Shown here one piece after another: positions 42,215 to 54,298 of a DNA stretch of 64,000 bases. The stretch lies in NCBI GenBank assembly GCA_021613535.1, contig CP075494.1, positions 1,984,001 through 2,048,000 on the forward strand, given 5' to 3'. Both the position numbers and the translations under genes were made by a program. The notes under the pieces were generated by a model. The model worked only from the letters and a program-made list of their open reading frames with translations, did not search any database and was not told the origin of the DNA. The stretch is from Adineta vaga. Lineage: Eukaryota > Animalia > Rotifera. Position 1 is the stretch's first letter; every line of letters starts with the position of its first letter.

Positions 42215-42321
42215 ATCTTGAGAGTATAGGTACTACTGACACTAGGGTATGGGTGCGGATGAGAGTCAAGAGAATATAGTCTCACCGATGCCGACGCCGA
42301 CACCCACACCCACACCCACCC
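42215..42321. repeat. Telomere-like palindromic element
   Basis: ATCTTGAGAGT...GGGTATGGGTG...CACCCACACCCACACCCACCC. Confidence 0.7.
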
Positions 42322-42456
42322 TTCGATACAATATTATTGAATGATACTTATTGTTATGTTCATTTATCCACATGTAATCGTGGACCATCACCATACTGTC
42401 TTGATTGGCGTGAGGTTTGTGATGGAAAAACACATTGTATTAATGGTGATATTGAT
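42322..42456 (+). pseudogene. LDLa-7TM family gene fragment B
   Basis: Open FDTILLNDTYCYVHLSTCNRGPSPYCLDWREVCDGKTHCINGDID, compare CLDWRQICDGVIDCANG in the 15804 gene. Bounded by telomere-like tracts on both sides. Confidence 0.8.
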
Positions 42457-42764
42457 GGGTGTGGGTGTGAATACTAGATCTATCTAACACCCACACCCGA
42501 GCTTACAAATGTAGCTATTAACTAGTCTTAGAACTTTACTAATTCTTTAACTAAAGTATCAAATTAAGTCAAATGTAAATTAAAAAGATCGAGAGAGCAG
42601 TCAATACTCTATTCAACCATATACGTAAAAATAAAAATTTTACTAAAGCTTTGTAAAAATACAGCTAATGAAAGAAAATGAATAAAAGTAGATCCATCGA
42701 CCTGTATAGAATTATTGATAAGTAGACTTGATCGTAAAGGAAACTCATAGCAATTAAAAATAGT

Positions 42765-43070
42765 TCACATGATTTCACAAACTATAGATTCATTGTGTGA
42801 AGTATTTGGTATCAGTTTCTTTAATTCTTCTTGAAATCGTTCCAAATCATCTGCAGGCATCGTTATCGTTTGAGATGAGTTCAACATACCTCTCAACTTA
42901 TCTAGTGATTCTGTAGATTTTGGATTAATAACTGAATATAATTCTTGCAACCGTTTGCCATCGATTTCATCGTTTCCAAACAATTGTAACACACTAGTCA
43001 GTTTCTTTTCCAAAAGAAATTTTAGTATTTCTCGTTGCAACCACTGATCGACCGTTTTCTTTTGATAACA
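42765..43070 (-). pseudogene. Orphan C-terminal SAM-like fragment of a TIR-family gene
   Basis: TVDQWLQREILKFL...IDGKRLQELY...VCEIM resembles ILQWTNEHVKSFF...LNGHRLLQLY...VCSVM of the 5449-7010 gene. Cut at its 5' end by the element at 43071. Confidence 0.65.
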
Positions 43071-43137
43071 TTCTTGAGGGTGTGTGAGTGGGTCTGATTG
43101 TGGCTCAGGCTAGACTCTTAACCCACACCCTCAAGAT
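43071..43137. repeat. Telomere-like palindromic element
   Basis: TCTTGAGGGTGTG...CCCACACCCTCAAGAT with 13-bp inverted termini (TCTTGAGGGTGTG / CACACCCTCAAGA). Confidence 0.8.
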
Positions 43138-44084
43138 TTGAAATTGCCAAACGACACCAATGACATTGTTGCAGTCTACGTGCCTCTGTCGTGTGTAGAA
43201 CGTTTGGCTGACTTAACGATTTTACGGCACTTCGATTACAAGGATTTATTGATAAAACCAGGTAAATCTCAACTTGCCAATATAGAAAGATTAAACAAAC
43301 TATATTCCGAAATACAGAAGCGTTTTTCGGACTTTTTTTGATGTCTTCTTTATATCATGTAAATTGTTCCTCACTATTGTTTGTTACTATAGCCTCGCCT
43401 ATGTAACATGTTAGAGTCGGTGTTTTTCTTTAGCCTTTTTTTATCCACTCACTTCACTGTAAATTTCACTTATTTTCCAATCGGTTTTGTTCTCTCATAA
43501 TACTAATTGTAGTTGCATATTCTACTCAATTCATCTTTTAAGTGCACGATACAATATTGTCTATCAAAGATTTTTCCTTTTTACTTATTCGTTCGTTCCT
43601 TGCAGCTAATAAATAGATTATGCTTGGGTGCACTACTTCCCACAAAAATTTCACCTTAAAACTTTTGTGAGCCTTATGCCGGGAGATACCGATCAAAATG
43701 TTGTCACACCTTACTATTTACGATAGTGAAACAGTTCCTTCGGTAGAGGCAATCTGCGTATAGATCGTCTGGCTTTCACAAAAAATGTCCGTCAAAAAGT
43801 GAAGCTTACTAACAATCTTTTTGCGGAATAATAGAATTACTGTTCGCGCACAAAGCTCAAGCAAACTTCTCGTCCCTGATTCGATGTAGAATCTACTGAT
43901 TCCCTTTCTCTGTGATCAGCATCAACTACAGCAAACGGCATTGTTCAGTTGACGGCTAAGCGAGTCTCAACGACGAGCGTTATATGAGTTTGTGTCAGGA
44001 TCAAAGGTAAACAAATCTTCCTTACGTATGGTGGTGGGGTACCATTGAGTCCTTATGTCCTATCACAAACACTGATGTCTCTCT

Positions 44085-44127
44085 CAGTCGAGGGTTAAGT
44101 GAGTCGTCTCGACGAACGTTACTTGTT
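44085..44127 (-). repeat. Dispersed 43-bp repeat (inverted copy at 52404-52446, partial copy at 57446-57467)
   Basis: CAGTCGAGGGTTAAGTGAGTCGTCTCGACGAACGTTACTTGTT versus the reverse complement of 52404-52446, CAGTCTAGGGTTAAGTGAGTCGAAATGACGAACGTTACTTGTT. Confidence 0.8.
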
Positions 44128-44128
44128 T

Positions 44129-45847
44129 TTATTCAAATCTACCTAAATATCCGAATGTAAATACAGTATAAGTAAATGCATTTAACATCAAATGTATACT
44201 AACAAGATATTGTTCATTCAGAAATGCGACATATGAAAATACAAAAATATACAAAGTCATAACTAAATATCCTTTATGAATTTGCAAATAGTTAAATTTG
44301 TGCCGAATCGTAAGAAAAATTGGAGTTTGTGATATGATAATATACTTAATTATATTCCATAGCAATAACGTATTTTTTGTGTATACAATCGAATGAATAC
44401 AATCTTTACAACATTGAACATTTGTATTGTCATTATGATAAGCATCAACTTGTATTTCTTCAATATTCAAACGTGTCTGAGTGCCAAATTTTGGAGTAAC
44501 AATCCATTTTTTAGCAGAATTCAAATTCAAAAAGCCTGCTATTGCAGAAATAGCATGATGAAATAACATGGCATTACAAAAAAGAGAATAGACGATCGTT
44601 AGATGAATTTTTTCCGATGTATAATACAGAATATTTGAAGTTAGAAGTATTGGAAAAAATGTAATAAACATATTCACATTAGATTTTTTTTGTAAACAAG
44701 CATTGATGGCGATATTCAACAGAAATATAATAAAACGAATAATATAAAGACATGGTCGAAAAAGCATCCATAAACAATGTAATTTTCGATAAATATTCAT
44801 GTGAGAAGTGGTACAAACTGTTTGAAATAATTTTCGAAATACTTGTGCAGGTCCACTGAACCATCGATATTGTTGTGAAAGATAGGCGGTAAATGTAGGT
44901 GGAAGTTCATTAAGACATTCAACATCGACTATATAAGCAGAATGCCAACCATTCATATGAGCTCGAACTGAAATATCTAAATCTTCTACTAATGTATCTG
45001 TATGCCAGCCTCCACATTGATAAATAGCTTTTGTTCGCCAAACACAGGCAGATCCATTAAATTGAAAGAAAGAAGACATACGATATTTGACCTCTTGTTC
45101 GCATTTATGATGATGATTGAGAACAATTTCTTGCATTTGTGTTAACAATGATTCTTTTCCATTAATAAATGTCCATCTTGCTTGCGCATAGGCTGCTTTT
45201 GGATCTTTTAAAAGAATAGGTATTGTTTTTAATAAAAAATTTTTCTTCGGCAAAAAATCAACATCAAATAATGCAATAAATTCACATTCTTGAATCTTTT
45301 CTAATCCATTTTTCAAGTTTCCCGCTTTAAAACCTTGCCTATTTTGACGTCGAATAACACTAATTCGATATCCTCGATCAAACCATTCTTGTACACATTG
45401 ATCAATCATTTTCATAACTATTTCATCAGTAGAATCATCCAATACTTGAATAATTAAACGATCTTTTGACCAATCTAAATTGCAAGCACATGTAATCATT
45501 GAAATACAAAATTCCTTTTCATTCATCATTGGTAATTGTACAGCAACCATAGGATATGCATTATCAGTTGATAACGATGATGGTGTTGGGTGTGATTTTG
45601 ATGGTAGACAAAATCGAAGAATAGTATAAATTATTTGTTCAATATCTTCGGAACTTTGAATAATAATAAATAATATTGATAAATTTTGAATTAAATTGTG
45701 AATTGTTATTGATGATCTTTGAACATGATTAACATTCATTGCTTGATAAGTAATATTGAGACAATCATTTGATATTGTTGTTCTCTCCAACAAACATTGG
45801 ATTGGTAGAAAAATAAGCACAGTTGTAACAATCATTATGTAACTCAT
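44129..45847 (-). CDS. Cellulose synthase-like (CslA-type) GT2 processive glycosyltransferase, intronless
   Basis: YPMVAVQLPM, IQVLDDSTD, GFKAGNL, FDVDF (DxD), FNGSACVWR, TLVEDLD, QQYRW (QxxRW), and C-terminal TM helices. Confidence 0.92.
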   Translation of the reverse strand: MSYIMIVTTVLIFLPIQCLLERTTISNDCLNITYQAMNVNHVQRSSITIHNLIQNLSILFIIIQSSEDIEQIIYTILRFCLPSKSHPTPSSLSTDNAYPMVAVQLPMMNEKEFCISMITCACNLDWSKDRLIIQVLDDSTDEIVMKMIDQCVQEWFDRGYRISVIRRQNRQGFKAGNLKNGLEKIQECEFIALFDVDFLPKKNFLLKTIPILLKDPKAAYAQARWTFINGKESLLTQMQEIVLNHHHKCEQEVKYRMSSFFQFNGSACVWRTKAIYQCGGWHTDTLVEDLDISVRAHMNGWHSAYIVDVECLNELPPTFTAYLSQQYRWFSGPAQVFRKLFQTVCTTSHMNIYRKLHCLWMLFRPCLYIIRFIIFLLNIAINACLQKKSNVNMFITFFPILLTSNILYYTSEKIHLTIVYSLFCNAMLFHHAISAIAGFLNLNSAKKWIVTPKFGTQTRLNIEEIQVDAYHNDNTNVQCCKDCIHSIVYTKNTLLLWNIIKYIIISQTPIFLTIRHKFNYLQIHKGYLVMTLYIFVFSYVAFLNEQYLVSIHLMLNAFTYTVFTFGYLGRFE

Positions 45848-46480
45848 AATTGAATTTTTAGAATATGATCTTCAATTGATAAAAATTCTATTAAATACTA
45901 TTTTTAACGATTAGCCATCTGAAGCTTAATAAATGAAAGGCATAAGGTATAAGTAAAAGTGAAACCCTCAACTATCTCAATATATTTACATCTTCATTCT
46001 TTCAAGCTCAATATAGTTTGCCGAGTTAATATATGAGAAGAAACACCATAACATATTGTATATGTATTAAATCACAAACGAGCTTTAAAAAACGAATCAA
46101 ATAGATAGCAGCAGCTAGAAAAGAGTATGGAATATGTCAAAATAATTGTAATGCTTTTATAGTGAACATAGTTCAGTGAGAAAATGTTGTCAAATGTGGA
46201 ATCCGACTTGAACTGGTGAGCCATAAGCGTATTTCACCACTAACGCGATCTGAATGATAAAAACTTGCGTTTATTTTGCTTCCGAATAAGATTACGCATC
46301 TTTTCAGAAAAGGTCTAAAAGTACACTATGGATCTACGCAGATACTGAAATGTCAGAGAGATAAAACGTATTACAATTATTTTGGCATATTCAGGACTTA
46401 GTTGTTATATTAAATCATGTAAAGATATTGGTTTTTGGATTGTTTATAGATGTCTGTACAGAATAGTTTTTGAATAAGCT

Positions 46481-48600
46481 TTACGGCCATGTTAATAATA
46501 CACCACCACTACTTGTGTCGGTGTGATTCAATGGTCCTTGATAGTATACTGTTGCATCTTCCGATACAATTGCATTGATTGCCACCGTAGCACAAACATA
46601 CACTGATGCTGATTTAGTTGCTATGACATTTGCAATAGTTGGACATTTTGTTCTTTCCATGTATATTGTAGAATTTGTAACATCAATATGGATTTCATTT
46701 AATGAACAAAGATCATAAACAGTCAATTCATCTGTACCTACGACAGTGGCAAACGTAGGACAGCTAGATGCGCTAACATTAATAGTTGAATTAGAACCTT
46801 GAATTTTCAATGACTCCTCTGCACAAATATTCACGACAGAACTATTTTTTGTAATATTAAGAACAGCTAATGTTGGACATTGCCACGCTGAGTTCAAAGC
46901 AACCATAGTATCTTGTAAGATCATATTAATTTTTTTACTCGCACAAATATCCGAAATATTCGTCGTTTGAATAGCATTAAGAACAACTGTTTCTGAACAA
47001 ACACTTGATGAATCAATAGAAACAGTACCTATACTAGCAACTATGATATTCATTTTTTCACTTGCACACAGATTGAAAATTCCACTTGTGTTGGCAGCAT
47101 TAAGGTGAACCGTTTTTGGGCATGCAGTTAATGAATCAATAATAAGAGGTTTTATATAAACAAGTGTTATATTCATTTCTTCACTTGCACATAGATTAGT
47201 AATTGTACCCATGAACTGAACATCGAGAACGACTCTTTTCGGGCATGCAGTTGCTGAATCAATAGAGATAGAATTTATCTCAAAAACTGTTATATTCATT
47301 TCTTCACTTGCACAAAGATTGGAAATCGTACTCATCTGATAAGCATCGAGAACGACTCTTTTTGGGCATGCAGTTGATGAATCAATAGTAAGAGGACTTA
47401 TATTCTTAACTGTTATATTCATTTCTTCACTTGCACATAGACTGGAAACGATACCGATCTGTTCAGCATCAAGAAGAACCGTTTTTGGGCATGTAGTTGA
47501 TGAATCAATAGTAAGAGGACCTGTATTTCTAACTGTTATATTCATTTCTTCGCTTGCACAAAGATTGAAAAATCCGTTCACGTCCTTAGCATCAAGAAGA
47601 ACCTTTTTCGGACATGCATTTGATGAATCAATAGTAAGAGGACTTATATTCTTAACTGTTATGTTCATTGCTTCACTTGCACATAGACTGGAAACGATAC
47701 TGATCTGTTCAGCATCAAGAAGAACCGTTTTTGGGCATGTAGTTGATGAATCAATAATAAGAGGACCTATATTTCTAACTGTTATATTCATTTTTTCGCT
47801 TGCACAAAGATTGGAAATTTCATCTATGCTTTGAGCATCAAGAAGAACCTTTTTTGGACATGCAGTTGCCGAATTAAGAGAAAAATTGCTCATGTAAGCA
47901 ATTGTTATGTTCATTTTTTCACTTGCACAAAGATTGGAAATTGTACCCGTGTCAGAAGCATGAAACTGAACCCTTTTTGGACATGTAGTTGATGAGTCTA
48001 TAGAAGTACGCCTTGACCTTGTGACTTTTATATTCATTTCTTCACTTGGACAAAGATCGGAAACGAAACCAACAAAGGCCATATCAAAAGTACTAACTTT
48101 TGCACATGATAAATCTGGATTAAATGTAATATTATTAGCCTGATATACCACTATATTCATTTGATCCATAGCACAAATATTTTGAACTTCAGAAGTGTTC
48201 ATAGCTGTGACAACAGTCATTTTAGGACATGTTGATGTTGAGTCAATAGTGACGATAGATTTATCCTCGGTTCGTATGTTCATAAAATCTATTGCACATA
48301 TCTCATTGACATGAGCTGCATCTGTAGCATGAACATTGATAGTTTTCGGACATGACAATGGTGTTGAAGTGACGTTTGCATTTTCATTGGCTTCAATATT
48401 CAGTTGATGAAGTGCGCAAGCATTGGTCACCGTAGAATTATCCGTAGCTGTTAAATTAAGTACAGACACCAAACACGTGTAACTATTGACTATGTCCACT
48501 GTATCAATATTCTCCACTAAGACAGTAACTGCTGGATTCAATGTTGAAACAGAATAATAGAGAATCAGAATAGAAATATGGACAATGTTAAAGATCCTAA
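46481..48600 (-). CDS. Secreted Cys-containing beta-solenoid repeat protein, GIN (DUF2807)-like
   Basis: 41-aa tandem repeats CPKxVxLDA...LCASEEMNIT; C-terminus AINAIVSEDATVYYQG resembles the GIN end. The frame extends upstream into signal-like IFNIVHISILILYYSVS. Exact start uncertain. Confidence 0.7.
47030..48065 (-). repeat. 123-bp coding tandem repeat with an alternating 246-bp higher-order unit
   Basis: TTC(A/G)CTTG(C/G)ACA recurs about every 123 bp (about 47057 to 48041); KNISPL and RN(I/T)GPL units alternate. Confidence 0.85.
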
Positions 48601-49925
48601 TATTACAAAATATTATACAAATACACCCTCTTCTGCTTTCTATTAGTATATGCGCGTATAGTTTTAATGATACATGTGAACATGACTCCTATTTACTCAT
48701 AGTCATCGTGAACAGTTCTGCAAAGAACGTCCGTGGTATCGTGTAAAAAATCTTTCTGTGATTTGATGTATACATCTAAAAATTCGTAAGTAGAATCAAT
48801 AGTAAAATGTAACTTTTTAGTTCATCTGAAGATACTGCTGCAATAAATGCGGAAACTTCGAATTTTATCTGAAAGTTATGTGTACTGCAAAAAGTGTATG
48901 AGATAGGTGACGGGGAAGTCATAGAGGAATATCAGTATTTTTAATAACTCAATAAAATGGCTCCTCTAATCAGACTCATCATGGAACTCGAACGAGATAT
49001 TCATATGACAATATTCTCCAGAAAACCTCATCACAATCGGATTAGTCTTTCAGTAATTATCTTGTAAACAAATGAATGGACGGTCGCTTTATTCATTAGA
49101 CTACTTCGTTCACGTTTTCAATGTATCAGAAAAAGTTAGAAGTTTCACACCTCTATTGTCCATAACATTTTATCGGTGCGCTCACTATATTCAACTGCAC
49201 CCTGCTAGTTAAATAATGAATAAGTATTCAGCAATAGGGAAAAAAAGAATCTGTGGAACTAACTCCTCGCAACGTCCTATGGGACAAAAAGACGCCATTC
49301 ATAGAGCATAAGAAGCAGTTCCGTAGCGTGCTTCAGGACGAATTTCACAGACGGTTTGATAAAAACCCATCCGTAGTCAGTTTCATTCTTTGAAGTAAAC
49401 ATAATATTCTGATTCAAGTTGGAGATTATCGCCTTTACTTATTGAATGTATTCGACCAATTACATATAAGCGAATTGGTATATACAAATATTAAATCAGT
49501 TCTCGTAGTAGAGAGCTTGAAGCAGCGATGTCTTCAGAGTATAGGGCTTGAGGACGTATGGTACTTCCACTAAACTGTCTAATGTTACTGCATCTGTAGG
49601 TAAACAGTTTAATGCGAAAATTTTTTTCCACGAATCGCTGTACCCTCCCTCAGGACTAGGTTGGTCATTTTTCAGTATTTTTAGGATAACTCGGCTATTT
49701 CTGAAGCGATCCTTCTCATCTTCGAACTCGACTGAGATAATGATGCGACAACTCTGCGCAACAAAACTCCCGGGCAATCGCTTGTATTTTTGATGAATTA
49801 TCGTGTAAACGGACGGCCGGACACACTGACCGATTCTATAGTGTTCTCACTTTTTCAGTACACAAAAAGGTTGAGACATGACGGTTCTCTGAACCTGACA
49901 TATTTATGGTATCCAAAACAAACTG

Positions 49926-51884
49926 TTAGGAAACTTTTGACTCACTCGATATTGTACTTGAATATCTGGTTGTCTTATATGGTTTTTTGGTATTTCTATA
50001 TGAATTGTATGGACGTCGATAACGGTTTGGTTTTCTTTCTTCTTCCTCATAACTATCATCATCATCTCTTTCATATGAATGATCAATATTTGATGGTGAT
50101 TCATAATCTCGAGTTCTTCGAAATGAACCAAAATTACCATACATACCACCGGTAAAACCACCTTTTAAAGGATTGATCACAGGAATACCTGGACCAAGTA
50201 CTAATTGATACAGTAACAAAGTATCTCACAATAATCATTAATAAAGATAATAAAAACTTACAAGGCTGCGGTTGAAAATAACGAAGCATATCAATGTTTC
50301 CATTCAATGTTGTTCCACTACTTACTAAACTAGCATAACCTGAAGCAATAAGTTGAGCTACTGAAAATAATTGACCGTAGATATTGATCAATGGTGGAAG
50401 AATATAAACTAAAAATAAAGTAACAGAATTATTACTACAATTCATTAAAAACATTTAATACCGCCTGATGATGAAAATATAATTGTTTGTTTAGTTAATC
50501 GATCAGCAAATATAGGAACTCGTGGCATAAAACTGAGATATGGACCACGTAATGCTAGAAAATAGAAATAAAAATGAGATTTATCTAATGAAGACAACAA
50601 ATAAAATAAAACGAACGCATGCGACGTCGATCATATCGAGCAACTGGAAAACGATGTGGATAATATTTGTCTCGATTATATCTGTCTATATAAATATTCA
50701 TATGGCCAAGTCTATCTGGTAATCGACGTCTCTATCAAATAAATGTATGATAAATGAATTATACAGGGTTGAAAATAATATTATTCCAGGGGAGCACTGC
50801 CACAATCCTGAATATCAACCCTAATGAATGTTATTCCAAACGAAAGCCCGTGAAAAGCTGAATTCATGGATGTGATTAACAGATCGTTCAGCAAGTATTG
50901 GCTGTTAGAATTATTGAAATGTCTTGAGAAAGATGTCAAAATGAGGTTGTATTTGGCGATTTCCATTCCTGACGTGGATATGTTAATAAAAATAATAGCA
51001 GATTTGTAATCTCCGTCAAGAACTACATCTACAGACACGTTATTCGTATACCTTTGAGCTCAACAAATTTTTCGGAACAATCCAGTGGGGAGTGTCCAAG
51101 ACAAAAAATATCAAAAATACATTTTTGTCAAAAAATTTGTTGAGCTCAAAGGTATACGAATAACGTGTCTGTAGATGTAGTTCTTGACGGAGATTACAAA
51201 TCTGCTATTATTTTTATTAACATATCCACGTCAGGAATGGAAATCGCCAAATACAACCTCATTTTGACATCTTTCTCAAGACATTTCAATAATTCTAACA
51301 GCCAATACTTGCTGAACGATCTGTTAATCACATCCATGAATCCAGCTTTTCACGGGCTTTCGTTTGGAATAACATTCATTAGGGTTGATATTCAGGATTG
51401 TGGCAGTGCTCCCCTGGAATAATATTATTTCCAACCCTGTAAATATATATAAAATAATTTACTTCACGTTTTGAATATGATCGTAATTGAAGAATTGTAT
51501 CTATTATAAAAAATTATTCATTATCTATAGATTATAGAGTGATAAATCATAACTTTGAAATATTCATTACTTTGATCATTTTCTATAGAAATATTTTTAG
51601 ATAATGATGATCGAGACGAATTAAAGAATATTATCACACTAATCACAAGAAAAATAAGCGTCAGAAATGTGCAAATGATTTTGATTCGATTTTGTGAGAA
51701 AGTGATTGACCATAATGATCTAAAGACAATATAAAAATATACTTAACTTTATTTGTAATGTATATATCTAAAATACTCACTGTTTCTTTGATCGATGTTC
51801 TTTTTGAGTTACTGCCGAAATGAAATCTGCTCGTTCATCATTTGTAGTTACTTCACTATATTTTGTTTTATCAATCGATGCCAT
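49926..51884 (-). CDS. Uncharacterised single-pass membrane protein, multi-exon
   Basis: ATG 51884 (MASIDKTKY), a TM exon (IICTFLTLIFLVISVIIFF), then short exons joined by GT-AG introns, ending in an R/Y/E-rich tail. Confidence 0.55.
50764..51439. mobile_element. Tc1/mariner-type foldback MITE in an intron
   Basis: TA-CAGGGT...ACCCTG-TA; 309-bp inverted arms (50764-51072 and 51131-51439) with two mismatches seen, and a 58-bp spacer. Confidence 0.9.
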
Positions 51885-52623
51885 AGTGATATATCTAAAA
51901 CAGAAATAGATAAATCAAACATATGTAAAGATTTAATATAAAAAAACATGTTTTTTATTTTACTCTTACCTTATGAAATCTTTTCTTATATTTTCGTTTT
52001 TAATTGCACTATATATAATGTTCTAATCTTCTTTTTCTCTTTTATCTACCTTATGACTATTTTATCTGTAATGTCGAGCAAATTTAATGCAAACATCATG
52101 TAACTTGTTGCTTATACTGTTCTTTTTCTAATCATTCTATTATCTCTTAGATTAACAAATTCTCATCTATATTTTTATTGTCATATCATTCTATTTAATA
52201 AAATAGTTTGTAACATACACATACTTTATTAAATATACTGAGAAGACATTATATTTACCTTCATTCTCTCTCTGTCTTCGTCTTTTTTTACCTGTATCGT
52301 TATTCAGCAATTTTCTCGAACTTTTATCTCTATATTTATTTTGGTATAATTCTCTATACTTTAATATGGTAGTTCTCTCTCACTAACCTCGTCATTGTTA
52401 ACGAACAAGTAACGTTCGTCATTTCGACTCACTTAACCCTAGACTGTGGAAGGCAGAAGTATTTTTGCGTGTGTGAGTGGTAAGAAGATTTGACCTGACG
52501 ACTTCCTACAAAGATGCGGTTCAATTCTTTTTGCTTAACTTATAGCTTTCCAAAACAAAATGATCAATCTTCGCAGGACAATTATTCCAGTCGTTGGAAA
52601 CAGCGTCTCAAACGGTTATGAGC

Positions 52624-52710
52624 ATCTTGAGGGTGAGGGTAAGCATCCACAAGCACACTCACATTCACACCCACACCCACCCATTCACACCCACATCCAC
52701 ATTCACACCC
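52624..52710. repeat. Telomere-like element
   Basis: ATCTTGAGGGTGAGGG followed by a CACACC-rich tract. Confidence 0.7.
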
Positions 52711-53252
52711 TATATCTCTTGCCATAAAGAAGGCTGGTTCTTTTTCATTTCCGCACGTACTAATGATATCGTTGAGTATTTAAGGAGTGAATATTGTGAA
52801 GAGAAAGGAGTTCTTGTTTCATGAAAGAAGAGGAATAAAGAACGAACAGAAGTGATAACAGTTGTGTTTTGGACATTGTTTAACAGAAATGAGCACTGCA
52901 GATAAAATTATACAGCTTTTGACGAATAAAGCGTCTCAACAGCTATCCAACTGTTTACCTAGCTCAGTCGTTCATGAAGTGTGGGTGGGTGTGGTGTGGG
53001 TATTACATCTATCGAATACCTACATCCCTCATGATCATTACATTGAGAAACATATTTATTTTAAATTTTAATTAATCAGTATCATAAATTCTAGATGAAA
53101 GAGTTTTAGAATCAGAATGTTCTTTTTACTGTTACAACAAAGTCAAATAATTTATACTTCAATGTCATGACGATAACATGTCATCTTTTTATATAATGAT
53201 CTAACTCCAGATAAAACACTTAATTCTCCCATTTTAATAAATAAACACCGAA

Positions 53253-54298
53253 CTATACATTGTTAACTTTCTCTTCCTTCTCCTTGTATTTCGACTTGAT
53301 GAGGAATAATTCGATTTTTTCGACATTGATTTAAACAATTTTCATAAAAAACATATTTAGCTTGACGACGAAATCGTTTTGATACACAAATATAAGTGAA
53401 GCATGAATTCTAAAATAAAACGACGAGATTTTCATAAAATTTAATGAATAAAAAATCTTACTCCATTGCTTATAATCGAAATAATCAAAGAAATACCGAC
53501 AATAAGATTTATTTGTGCAAGATAAATTGGATCACGATTTGTATTAAATACTGAATATCCATTAAATATTAAAAATGGAATAGAAGCACAAACATAAATA
53601 CATATTTCCACAAGAACCATAATAGTTAATTGTTTATCTAATTCACGTCGAATTAATGGATTTGTTCGCGTTGTTAATGTTCGAGCATTTCGATAAGACA
53701 AGATACCAAATATGATTGCAATTGTTGGAAAAAATATTCCATAGGCTAGAAAATATCCATAAATATGATATTGAAGAAAAACAGGATTTATTGTAATGCA
53801 AGTAGCTGAACTTGTTAATGATAATCGATCGAAATAAATGAAATATAATATTACATGAGGAATCCAAATAATTGTAATGCTTATTATTACACGATGAGCA
53901 AATTTTATATTTGACAATTGTTGCCATCGTGGACGAGAACTAGTGGCAAAATATTGATCAATTACAGCTAAACATAAACATGTGCCTGCACCTACATAAC
54001 ATCCAGCCACAGTGGCACTTCGAATTCGACAATAGTAGAAATAAGCTGATGTCCAATTGATAGGAAATGCCATTGAAATAACAACCAATGATACACCAAA
54101 TATCGATCGAATTAAATTAAATATTGACATTGACATTAAATAAAATGCACAAGAATTTTGTCGAAATGTTTTGAGACTAAGAAAAATAATAATACTAAAT
54201 AATTCACTGACAATGCCTGTTATACAAATTGGTATACCAACATAAATTGCAAATTGTGATCGAGCATAAAATAGTGATGTAATATATTCTGCACTCAT
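53253..54298 (-). CDS. Rhodopsin-like GPCR, 2 exons
   Basis: 7 TM segments, FRQNSCAFYL, LAVIDQY, RRELDKQLT; last exon NSCFTYICVSKRFRRQ ends at TAG 53253. Confidence 0.88.

Noticed and set aside
44095-44120. Hammerhead ribozyme-like GA-stem-GAA within the dispersed repeat
   Set aside because: A stem II-like hairpin is present in both long copies, but the CUGANGA and GAAA core is not matched.
47030-48065. CRISPR-like array
   Set aside because: In-frame coding tandem repeats with no unique spacers, in a eukaryotic context.
50781-51422. Twin 85-aa ORFs on opposite strands
   Set aside because: Artefact of the foldback arms; GTG starts and no recognisable domain.
44085-52446. 8.3-kb cargo transposon bounded by the 43-bp inverted repeats
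   Set aside because: No TSD, weak similarity continues outward on both sides, and a third partial copy exists. It is better explained as a dispersed repeat.
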